From positions 1-33,835 of IMG/VR virus record IMGVR_UViG_3300037045_000039: a stretch of DNA of 33,835 nt, one strand, 5' to 3'. This document shows, one piece after another, positions 26,829 through 33,835 of the stretch. Every line of letters begins with the position of its first letter. Positions within the stretch are counted from its first letter, which is position 1. Made by a program: the position numbers and the translations under genes. The stretch is from a virus (Duplodnaviria; Caudoviricetes). The notes below the pieces were generated by a model. It was given only the letters and a program-made list of their open reading frames with translations, was not told where the DNA came from and ran no database searches.

Positions 26829-27070
26829 AAGCGTAACGGGCTCCATTTCTCTTTTAGATATTTTGAGTGAAGTTCTGCATAGAATGGTTTCTGATCTGGA
26901 CATTTTCGTTCAAGCTTCTTGGTGGCTCTGCAGACGCTTTTTACTGTGGTGTATATCTTCATGTCACCTTTTGAAGTCATGAGGGCAATGTGCTTGCCCC
27001 CTACACGCTTGGTCCTGCCTGTGAAGTATTGTTTCAATCCGCTTTCGGTTGTGCCTGATATGATGTACAT
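26825..27070 (-). CDS. Hypothetical protein
   Basis: GGAGG RBS; operon-consistent. Confidence 0.6.
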   Translation of the reverse strand: MYIISGTTESGLKQYFTGRTKRVGGKHIALMTSKGDMKIYTTVKSVCRATKKLERKCPDQKPFYAELHSKYLKEKWSPLRL

Positions 27071-27092
27071 GGTGGCGGTTACCTCCTGGTGG

Positions 27093-28097
27093 CTATTGCT
27101 TCAGCTGCTCAAGCAATTTATTGGTTGCGCCTTTATACTTTTCATATTCACCAGCATCCGATGCTTTCATGGCATTAAGCACATTGATCATTTCATCGAA
27201 CAAATCGGTAACCACCTGGAACATCGCTTTATACTTAATTGTATTTTCTGATGCTGCAATCTTGGCTTTGAGCGTCTTGATTTCAGCCAATGCGCTTTCA
27301 GACTCTACTTCCTTGATGACTTCTATGGTCTTTTCGATTTCAATCGGTTTGTATGAAGCAATCAACTCTGATTTTTCAGCTACTTGCTTTTTAAGAGCTT
27401 CGGCCTCTAAATTCGCTTGATTCAATTTGTCCTCTAAAGTTTTGACTAGTTCTGGATCAACAGAATCCGTTGCCTTGCTTTCATCAAGTTGCTTTTGCAG
27501 ATTGTCTACTTCGCTGATTTTGCCCTGCATCTCTTCTATTTTACCTTTGTAATTTTCAATCTCTGATTCATATTGGCCGATTTCAATGGAATGCTCTTTA
27601 ATTTCAGTCTCTAATACCGTTTGATTGTCGATAAGGGCTTTGACTCTTCCCTCTAGGATCTCTTTTTCTCTTAGAATGTCATTTTTCTCTTTGATAGCTG
27701 CCTCTAAATCTTTAACCGATAAGCTTGGCACATCGTTCTCTGCGATGAAGTTTTCGCGTTCTTCAAAATCCAGTTTAAGCATTGCGACTGCTTGCGTGTA
27801 ACCCAAATCCGCAATCGAATTTCGTATTTCATTTTCTAATAGATTTTGGCCATATTCGTCGTATATTCTCATCAGATTTTGAGCTGTTCTTTGGGAATAA
27901 CTCACTTCGGTTTTAAGCCAATTTTCCCAATTACCATGACCTACCATTTGTTTGGCTTCTTTCAGCCGTTTGCCAATTTCAATAGCGCTGCTTAAAAGTA
28001 TCTTGTCCGTTTGAGATTTGATCACATTTATTTCTGTAGCGATTACATTGTCATCTCTGACTATTTCTGTTCTTTCGTTAATTTGCAATTTGTTCAT
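27093..28097 (-). CDS. DUF3102-domain coiled-coil protein
   Basis: AIEIGKRLKEAK..GHGNW..WL..YSQRTAQNLMR. Confidence 0.88.
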   Translation of the reverse strand: MNKLQINERTEIVRDDNVIATEINVIKSQTDKILLSSAIEIGKRLKEAKQMVGHGNWENWLKTEVSYSQRTAQNLMRIYDEYGQNLLENEIRNSIADLGYTQAVAMLKLDFEERENFIAENDVPSLSVKDLEAAIKEKNDILREKEILEGRVKALIDNQTVLETEIKEHSIEIGQYESEIENYKGKIEEMQGKISEVDNLQKQLDESKATDSVDPELVKTLEDKLNQANLEAEALKKQVAEKSELIASYKPIEIEKTIEVIKEVESESALAEIKTLKAKIAASENTIKYKAMFQVVTDLFDEMINVLNAMKASDAGEYEKYKGATNKLLEQLKQ

Positions 28098-29646
28098 GAG
28101 TTACGCTCCTATTCTTTCTTTGTATTTTATTCAGAAATGCTTTTAGTGCTTTATTGGCCTCAGGATTTTCAGTTACATTTTTGTTGCTTTTTCCTCTGCA
28201 CTGCACCAGCTTCATATGAGTGTCCACTTCGATTGTGTAGAAAGGTTCGTCGATGTTTTCTTTTTCTCTTAAGAAAAATAGATTCGTTTTGCCTTCCACA
28301 TATTTGTTCGCGTAGGTACTTACGCAGTGATGTAGTTTCTTGCTTTCGTTGACAAGGTCTTCCACGCTTGTCGGTGGAAAAATTTCAAAGTTCCCTGTAG
28401 TAATGTTGAACTTCGATAATTCTTGCGCTCTGGCAATAGCTTTCTGTCGCTGTGCCTCATTGAATTCCTGTTTAATTTGAGCACTTAAATTGGTGTGATG
28501 CCTGTTTAAGTCTTTTGGATATATGTTGCTTTTAGTTGCCACAATTTGTAATTTTTCCATATCATCAAGCATGTCCGTGAAGTCACTTAGCGCAACCCCA
28601 AAACTGTAATAAATTTTAGGCGCTTTCATTTTTTGCTTATTTAGGTAATTTGCGATTTTACTCGGTTTGTCTAATTTCATCAATTTGTAGAGCTTCTGTT
28701 TTATTCCGCCTATTTGATTGATCAGGCTTACTGTCGCTTCAAATTCATCCTCTATGCTCATCCCAAACTTTTTAATAGCTTGAAATGCATATAGATCCAA
28801 ATAGCGTTTTTCCGATGTGTTTTGAAATAGCTTTATTTCACTTCTGTTTAGCTTCAGCATCTTTTGAACTGTTTTTCCGTTCCAGTTAATCGTTCCAAAT
28901 GTATTCCCTTTATAGTTAACTTTTTCTTCGATCAGACTGCCTAACCCCATATTTATTAAAAGCTCGATGTTCGGATGGTTTGTATATAAGTCTAACAAAT
29001 CAAATCCGTCACACCTGTTCAGCAGCTTAACTGGAAAATATCTAAATACTTTGCTTTTTTCAAGTACACTTTGCAACTGTTCCGTACCGAAGCCTCTGAA
29101 ATACCAATTACCTGAGTTGATTTTGTACATTGATCTTGTAAAATCCCATTCATTTCGCCAACTAGAGTAAATCATTGTTCTGTTCATCCCTCCCATTTCA
29201 AAATAATATCTAGCATTGTTTATAATCTTGTCACTGACTTTGATTTCTTCAAATGAGCCGTTTATTGTTCTCGATACAGAAAATTGATAGGCAACTATGA
29301 TATCTTTTGAAGCGCTTGACGTTTCAAAGTATATGAAATCTGCATAAGTTCCACTAGCATGAGAATGAAACTTGGTGTTTCTAACTTCCAAACTACTTTT
29401 GCAATTTTCACATTCAACAAACGATCTCTGTTTAGGTACTTTTTTTAAATCTTTTTTATGGCCACAATAAGAGCACACGGTTCTTATTGTTGAGCCTTTT
29501 TTGTTCACAAATAAAAATCTGTATCCTTTTAAGATCTGATCATTAACAAATTCTTCAATGTGCCTCATGAAGTTGGTGTCATTAACATGCTTAAAGTGAA
29601 TGTCGTAGTCGCTTGGATTCCTGTATTCAACATTTTTCGTTTTCAT
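28078..29646 (-). CDS. PcfJ-like protein
   Basis: N-terminal CxxC pairs; C-terminal YPKDL..H, E...LHHCV..Y, FFLR..PFYTIEV, QCRG..N. Confidence 0.88.
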   Translation of the reverse strand: MKTKNVEYRNPSDYDIHFKHVNDTNFMRHIEEFVNDQILKGYRFLFVNKKGSTIRTVCSYCGHKKDLKKVPKQRSFVECENCKSSLEVRNTKFHSHASGTYADFIYFETSSASKDIIVAYQFSVSRTINGSFEEIKVSDKIINNARYYFEMGGMNRTMIYSSWRNEWDFTRSMYKINSGNWYFRGFGTEQLQSVLEKSKVFRYFPVKLLNRCDGFDLLDLYTNHPNIELLINMGLGSLIEEKVNYKGNTFGTINWNGKTVQKMLKLNRSEIKLFQNTSEKRYLDLYAFQAIKKFGMSIEDEFEATVSLINQIGGIKQKLYKLMKLDKPSKIANYLNKQKMKAPKIYYSFGVALSDFTDMLDDMEKLQIVATKSNIYPKDLNRHHTNLSAQIKQEFNEAQRQKAIARAQELSKFNITTGNFEIFPPTSVEDLVNESKKLHHCVSTYANKYVEGKTNLFFLREKENIDEPFYTIEVDTHMKLVQCRGKSNKNVTENPEANKALKAFLNKIQRKNRSVTHEQIAN

Positions 29647-29655
29647 TCGCCACCT

Positions 29656-30201
29656 CTAAAATAGATCTTCCAAACTGATATTGATGTTTCTCTTAGGTTT
29701 CACGTCAACTTCATTTGGCTCAAATACAATCTCTTTGATTCCGAAGTACTCGAGTACAATTTTTAGTCCTTCGTCTGGGGAGAACATTGCCATATTGCCC
29801 TGTTTGATTTTTTTAGCTTCAGCTTCCATGTGTTGTAAGCTGCCTTTGATTGATTTTGTTTCATCGAGTATGTTTTGAGCGTATCCGTTATTCTTGTTCA
29901 GGTACTCAATCATGTACTTGCCGACGTACTGAACATATGAGTTCTTCTTCTCGGCTTCGATTTCATCTTGAATTTTCTTAATAGCTTCGTTTAGCATGAC
30001 AACCTCCTCAAATTTGCTTACATGTTTGTTATTGTGGATTTCAGATATTGCGGTTACATATTGGCAATTAGGTCTGACAAATTTCTTTTTGTCGACAAGG
30101 AAGCACTTTGACTCACACACTTGAGTCCGAACACAACTTACGCAGCAGTCATCTTGGCATTTGACACCTTTTAGGCCTTTGTATCCGCACTTGTACTTCA
30201 T
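29656..30201 (-). CDS. PcfK-like protein with Cys-rich N-terminal extension (strong internal start at 29997)
   Basis: KSIKGSLQHMEAEAKK..VLEYFG..ISLEDLF; adjacent to PcfJ; internal GAGGAGG RBS. Confidence 0.7.
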   Translation of the reverse strand: MKYKCGYKGLKGVKCQDDCCVSCVRTQVCESKCFLVDKKKFVRPNCQYVTAISEIHNNKHVSKFEEVVMLNEAIKKIQDEIEAEKKNSYVQYVGKYMIEYLNKNNGYAQNILDETKSIKGSLQHMEAEAKKIKQGNMAMFSPDEGLKIVLEYFGIKEIVFEPNEVDVKPKRNINISLEDLF

Positions 30202-31007
30202 CCCGTGTCCTTCCTTAACCTAAGATAGATATAATAGCCTGTCAGATCGTTGTGACTGACCTGTATGCCATAATCCTTGTCTGTGATGTGCCATCCTGGG
30301 TATTTCTTCTTCCAGTAGTTGTTGTCCACCAAGCCATGCGCAATTCGTTCTAGTTGTCTTTTAGAATACTTTCTGTCATTCGGTGGCGCTTGCAGTGGCC
30401 TAATGAGATTTTGAGAAGACGACCAGCGTTTCTTTCGATTAGGCTCTTTGGTGAGATAGGATGCCAGTGCTGCAAGTCCATTTTCATCGGGCTGTAATCG
30501 ATCGGCATTGATGCGGCCAATCTTTTCGCCCTTCTTCTGACCCTTCTGTCTTTTTCGCCTCCAAAGGTCCTCAACTTCGTCTCTCTCTAAACCGCCATTC
30601 ATGACTATGTGATGATGTACTCTTGTCAGCTGATCATCTTTGAAGGTGAGTTCTGTGACGAGGATGTACTTGATCGGTGATGGTCCTTTTTTCTTTCTGA
30701 GATAATTCACTCTTCGGATGAAATTCTTTGCTTCTGTTTCTGCTTCTTCTACCGTGCCTGGATGATGTCCGATTTTATATGTGCATGTGACATGTATGTC
30801 ATCTTGAGTGAAATTAGAATTTAGTAATTGGATCAAATATCGTCTTGCATTTTTATCATTGAGATTTTTCTGTTTGGGTGCTGTTACTTTTTTTCTCTTT
30901 TCTCTTTTCCCCCTGGAGACATCCTGCTGTTTTTTTGTGAACGGATATATGTCCACTTCCATGAATCGGTCTCCACAATAGATCTTTTTCTCTCTAATGA
31001 AATTCAT
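30198..31007 (-). CDS. HUH-superfamily rolling-circle replication initiator-like protein
   Basis: Motif I HVTCTY, motif II RVHHHIVMN (HUH), motif III ALASYLTK (YxxK), in canonical order. Confidence 0.8.
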   Translation of the reverse strand: MNFIREKKIYCGDRFMEVDIYPFTKKQQDVSRGKREKRKKVTAPKQKNLNDKNARRYLIQLLNSNFTQDDIHVTCTYKIGHHPGTVEEAETEAKNFIRRVNYLRKKKGPSPIKYILVTELTFKDDQLTRVHHHIVMNGGLERDEVEDLWRRKRQKGQKKGEKIGRINADRLQPDENGLAALASYLTKEPNRKKRWSSSQNLIRPLQAPPNDRKYSKRQLERIAHGLVDNNYWKKKYPGWHITDKDYGIQVSHNDLTGYYIYLRLRKDTG

Positions 31008-31082
31008 TCAGTCGGTCTCCTTATAGTTGTAAAGTTAATACCTATTACGAGGGCGATTAAGCCCTTGAGTTACTGTATTTAC

Positions 31083-31195
31083 TTGACGTTGACCGTTATG
31101 TAATGTATAATAAAGACAACACAAATACATTTTTATCGGTCAGATGAAAATGAGTTCTGAAGCACAACGTTAACGGCGTTAGTGCTTTTTCTTTT
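31083..31195 (+). ncRNA. Predicted ~75-nt countertranscript upstream of rep
   Basis: TTGACG(31083)-17-TATAAT(31106); terminator AAGCACAACGTT..GGCGTTAGTGCTT-TTTCTTTT at 31160-31195; no ORF with an RBS. Confidence 0.7.
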
Positions 31196-31197
31196 GC

Positions 31198-31620
31198 CTA
31201 AATTTCAATTGCTTCATCATCAGTGTTTTGCCTCTCAATCTTGAGTCCATCTTTCTTTCTACCGATCTTTGCTTTTGCGCCTTGTGATAAGTTCAAATTG
31301 AGATTTCCAATCATTCCGTCATACACCATGGCCGATGCCAAGACTAAAAAGTCCTGTGTTGCTTCCGGCATAGCTGCGTGTTCTTCATTTTCAGATTTTC
31401 CGAACATTTTTCTAATTGCATCTTTTGAGCTCTTTAATGTTTCTTCTCTTCTCTGAATGACCGCGATTTCATGTTCGTGGTCTTTTTGAATCCTTTTAGC
31501 ATCTGAACAATCGCAAAGCATTGTCGCTTTTGAATCTGCTGTCATGCTTGGATTATGTTCCAATTCAAGCTCTACCCATTGGCCACAGCATTGGCATGCA
31601 CCTCTCATAGTTTCTAACAT
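31198..31620 (-). CDS. Hypothetical protein (CxxCG...CxC)
   Basis: RBS before MLETMRG; GACQCCGQ..CDC. Confidence 0.7.
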   Translation of the reverse strand: MLETMRGACQCCGQWVELELEHNPSMTADSKATMLCDCSDAKRIQKDHEHEIAVIQRREETLKSSKDAIRKMFGKSENEEHAAMPEATQDFLVLASAMVYDGMIGNLNLNLSQGAKAKIGRKKDGLKIERQNTDDEAIEI

Positions 31621-31766
31621 TTGAATACCTTCCTTCTTGGAGTTTTCTTTAATCGATTCACCGCACATCTACAGTCTGGACACAGATAATCGCTTACTGG
31701 CGGTGGATTAATCTTGCTCACCTGCCACCTTTGTGTGCAGCACTTACAATCCCTATAAGTCTTCAT
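31614..31766 (-). CDS. 50-aa zinc-ribbon protein (not in ORF track)
   Basis: MKTYRDCKCC...YLCPDC; RBS present; coupled to its neighbours. Confidence 0.6.
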   Translation of the reverse strand: MKTYRDCKCCTQRWQVSKINPPPVSDYLCPDCRCAVNRLKKTPRRKVFKC

Positions 31767-31767
31767 A

Positions 31768-31926
31768 TTATCCTTCCTTCATTTTCGCCTCAGATTCAAG
31801 GGTACTTTCTTCTGCTTTTATGAGTTCAATAATCCGCTTTATAGGGACCGTTGTGCTGAATCTTTCAATATTGTTTACTTTTGGCAGCACTGTTGGTGTG
31901 AGGATCACTACTGTCTTATTTGTCAT
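31768..31926 (-). CDS. 52-aa hypothetical protein (not in ORF track)
   Basis: MTNKTVVILTPTV...; fills the operon gap and overlaps the upstream stop. Confidence 0.5.
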   Translation of the reverse strand: MTNKTVVILTPTVLPKVNNIERFSTTVPIKRIIELIKAEESTLESEAKMKEG

Positions 31927-32347
31927 GAGTAACCCCCAATTTGGAGTCTATCAACATCAGAACAACAACGACCATTCCAATCATCAGTAACCATTCACCA
32001 CCTACAGCGAAGTATCCGCGAGTTTCATATGCTTCTTTGACTGCCAAGTAAGTTACGGGTGCAGTAACGAGCGTGGCAATAATCGTCTTTCCGATCGTCT
32101 TGAGTATTTGGATTGATGCGCCGGCAATAGCTTCGGTTGCCTTTCGTAGTGCTCTCTCGAATCCTTGTTCGCTTTTACCTCGAAGTACGCTTCTTTGATG
32201 TCTAGAATTGAATCGAAGGCCATTTTCATTTTCAAAGTTTCCTGCTTTAGTACTTCTACCGCTACACTCAACTCGTGCATTAAAATGATTATTCTTGCCT
32301 GTAAAACCGCCGACTGCTCTGTTGATATAATCATGACTTGCATGCAT
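31916..32347 (-). CDS. Membrane protein with AYETRGYFAVGGEW motif (start uncertain)
   Basis: Two TM-like segments in the C-terminal half; overlaps the 32053-32343 ORF. Confidence 0.55.
   Translation of the reverse strand: MHASHDYINRAVGGFTGKNNHFNARVECSGRSTKAGNFENENGLRFNSRHQRSVLRGKSEQGFERALRKATEAIAGASIQILKTIGKTIIATLVTAPVTYLAVKEAYETRGYFAVGGEWLLMIGMVVVVLMLIDSKLGVTHDK
32053..32343 (-). CDS. Hypothetical protein
   Basis: ATG 9 nt after GGAGG; helical composition. Confidence 0.45.
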   Translation of the reverse strand: MQVMIISTEQSAVLQARIIILMHELSVAVEVLKQETLKMKMAFDSILDIKEAYFEVKANKDSREHYERQPKLLPAHQSKYSRRSERRLLPRSLLHP

Positions 32348-32377
32348 ATATTCCTCCCTATTGAAAATCTCTTTATT

Positions 32378-32824
32378 TTACTGAGCGTCCTTCAGCTCAT
32401 ACTTCTCTGACAATTCTTTGTAGTTCGGTGGTGTGATACCTGTGTACTCTCTAAACCTGTGTGGTGAAATGTAATAGGTCCACTTTGAACCCATCTTGAT
32501 CGCTGTTCCAAATGGCAATAATCCGCGCTGTAATCCAATTCGAATATACTGGCCATTTCTTCCCATAAGCTTTGCAGCTTCATCCACTTTCAAATTACAT
32601 AGATTCTTCTTTTCTTCCATTTCGATAAGCCAATCCTCTTCAACATCTAAAGCTTTGGCCAATCTTGTCATGTACTCTGGTCTTGGTACATTGTCACCAG
32701 ACATGTACATGCTTAATGATGGTTTGCTGATACCTGTTTTCACAGCAAGATCTGTCAACGTCATCTTCCGATCCATCATGGTTTGGCTTAGCCTTTGAGA
32801 GAATACGACTTTATTAATTTGCAT
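32378..32824 (-). CDS. XRE HTH fused to an excisionase-like DNA-binding domain
   Basis: N-terminal HTH LTDLAVKTGISKPSLSMY; C-terminal VDEAAKLMG..YIRIGLQRG.LPFG..WTYYISP. Confidence 0.75.
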   Translation of the reverse strand: MQINKVVFSQRLSQTMMDRKMTLTDLAVKTGISKPSLSMYMSGDNVPRPEYMTRLAKALDVEEDWLIEMEEKKNLCNLKVDEAAKLMGRNGQYIRIGLQRGLLPFGTAIKMGSKWTYYISPHRFREYTGITPPNYKELSEKYELKDAQ

Positions 32825-32859
32825 GTGGCGCCTCCTTTCTTGCTTATTCGTAAGACTGT

Positions 32860-32887
32860 TTGACACCTTCTTCCATTTTGTTACAAT
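32860..32887 (+). promoter_or_regulatory. Strong sigmaA promoter
   Basis: TTGACA-16-TACAAT with TG extension. Confidence 0.8.
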
Positions 32888-32909
32888 GAAAATGAAAGGA
32901 GGTGATAAT

Positions 32910-33134
32910 ATGAAAAACTTTGAAGATTTTTTAGACTATATTAAATCTGATCCAGACAACAACATTTATGAAAAGAATGCTCAGATGTTTGAATCTGAAA
33001 TTGAAGCATTAAAATCGGATGGCAACATTCCAAGCGAAGCTGTGTTAATTGGTGCGATAACAGTAACTTTAAAATCATACTCAAATGATTTGCTAAGAAG
33101 ATATCACGCTTGGTTACACCTTGAAGAAGATTAA
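32910..33134 (+). CDS. 74-aa counter-oriented accessory protein
   Basis: Has its own promoter; AAGGAGGTG RBS before the ATG at 32910. Confidence 0.78.
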   Translation: MKNFEDFLDYIKSDPDNNIYEKNAQMFESEIEALKSDGNIPSEAVLIGAITVTLKSYSNDLLRRYHAWLHLEED

Positions 33135-33391
33135 TCTCGCATTTCTCTCCTGATTTGATCTGCTACATAAGCCATTGTTTCTCCAGAGACTATGGCTTTT
33201 TCTTTTACTAACTCCGTTCCTCTAAATCTGTAATACTCTGAGTCAATTACCTTATTGAACGCTTCCCTCAGTTCAACATATTCCTTTGGCATGTCTTCAA
33301 ATTCATCGAATTCCAAAGTTTCTCTTAAATCTTTTTCTATAATCAGCACATTTCTCAATCTGTCTTTTGCACCTTGAATAAGTTCGTCCAT
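33131..33391 (-). CDS. Hypothetical early protein
   Basis: GGAGGA RBS before MDELIQ. Confidence 0.65.
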   Translation of the reverse strand: MDELIQGAKDRLRNVLIIEKDLRETLEFDEFEDMPKEYVELREAFNKVIDSEYYRFRGTELVKEKAIVSGETMAYVADQIRREMRD

Positions 33392-33392
33392 A

Positions 33393-33587
33393 TTATCCTC
33401 CAATTTTCATATTTTCATTGTTCATTCTTTCAGCGATCTCGTGCGCTTCTGCTGAGTCTTCCATATATCCCGTTGCATATTCCCTGTTGCCTGAATGATC
33501 TACTGCTAATGTGTCTTTAAGCCTGTAGACTGCGAACATGGACTTGTTGTTAATCCCGTTTCTTTCGACTTTCCATTTACCTGGCAC
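33393..33587 (-). CDS. Hypothetical early protein (VDHSGNREY motif)
   Basis: GTG start with AAGGAG RBS; the motif looks like a recurrent Firmicute phage family. Confidence 0.72.
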   Translation of the reverse strand: MPGKWKVERNGINNKSMFAVYRLKDTLAVDHSGNREYATGYMEDSAEAHEIAERMNNENMKIGG

Positions 33588-33597
33588 TTTCTTCTCC

Positions 33598-33835
33598 TTT
33601 CTTGCTTATTTGTAAGATGAAATCCTTTTAAAACAGAACACTTATAAAAATCATCAGGTATATATGACTTCATTGCCTATGGTCTTTATATCATATTTAT
33701 TGACTATTGTGTTTAATCGATTGAGCAATCTAATTAAAAAAATATCTCTCCTACTGTTTTTCCAAGGGCTTCAGCTATTTTTTTAAGCGTACTTGTTGTA
33801 GTTACATCTACACGTCCACTTTCTAATCCAGAAAT
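33598..33835 (+). repeat. Terminal direct repeat, copy 2
   Basis: Matches 1-238 with one mismatch. Confidence 0.97.

Larger units (their letters stand above)
1..33835. mobile_element. Complete temperate siphovirus genome in excised/circular form (about 33.6 kb, cos-type, HK97 head)
   Basis: Lysogeny, replication, packaging, head, tail and lysis modules are all present; ends overlap by 238 bp; attP is uninterrupted; no flanking host genes. Confidence 0.95.

Noticed and set aside
30198-31007. HUH protein as an IS200/IS91 transposase or conjugative relaxase
   Set aside because: It is coupled into the early operon with no IS ends or transfer genes, and the HUH-then-Tyr motif order is Rep-type.
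33598-33835. Physical terminal repeats of the virion DNA or a duplicated cro
   Set aside because: The repeat truncates cro and lies far from terS; the HNH/P27 module implies cos ends, so circular assembly overlap is the simpler explanation.

Overview
The window is an apparently complete temperate siphovirus genome of a low-GC Firmicute (probably Clostridia), a circle of about 33,597 bp. Positions 1-238 recur at 33598-33835 with one mismatch. The + strand carries the lysogeny module: cI-like XRE, a second XRE, an ImmA-like protease, a membrane-anchored nuclease and a tyrosine integrase. An intact attP follows; its core encodes the ribosomal protein S9 C-terminus (QFSKR*), which points to integration at the rpsI 3' end. 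The - strand carries cro, early genes (HUH/rolling-circle Rep, PcfK/PcfJ-like, DUF3102, MazG-like, SSB, RinA/ArpU-like), HNH-TerS-TerL cos-type packaging, an HK97 head, the tail (with a -1 frameshift chaperone) and lysis genes. The most unusual features are (1) a type IV prepilin gene translationally coupled inside the tail operon, in a phage that also encodes a surface DNase, and (2) an HUH Rep as the only recognisable replication initiator, with a plasmid-like countertranscript sRNA; a second such sRNA lies in front of the integrase. All family assignments are by eye from motifs and synteny; no database searches were run.
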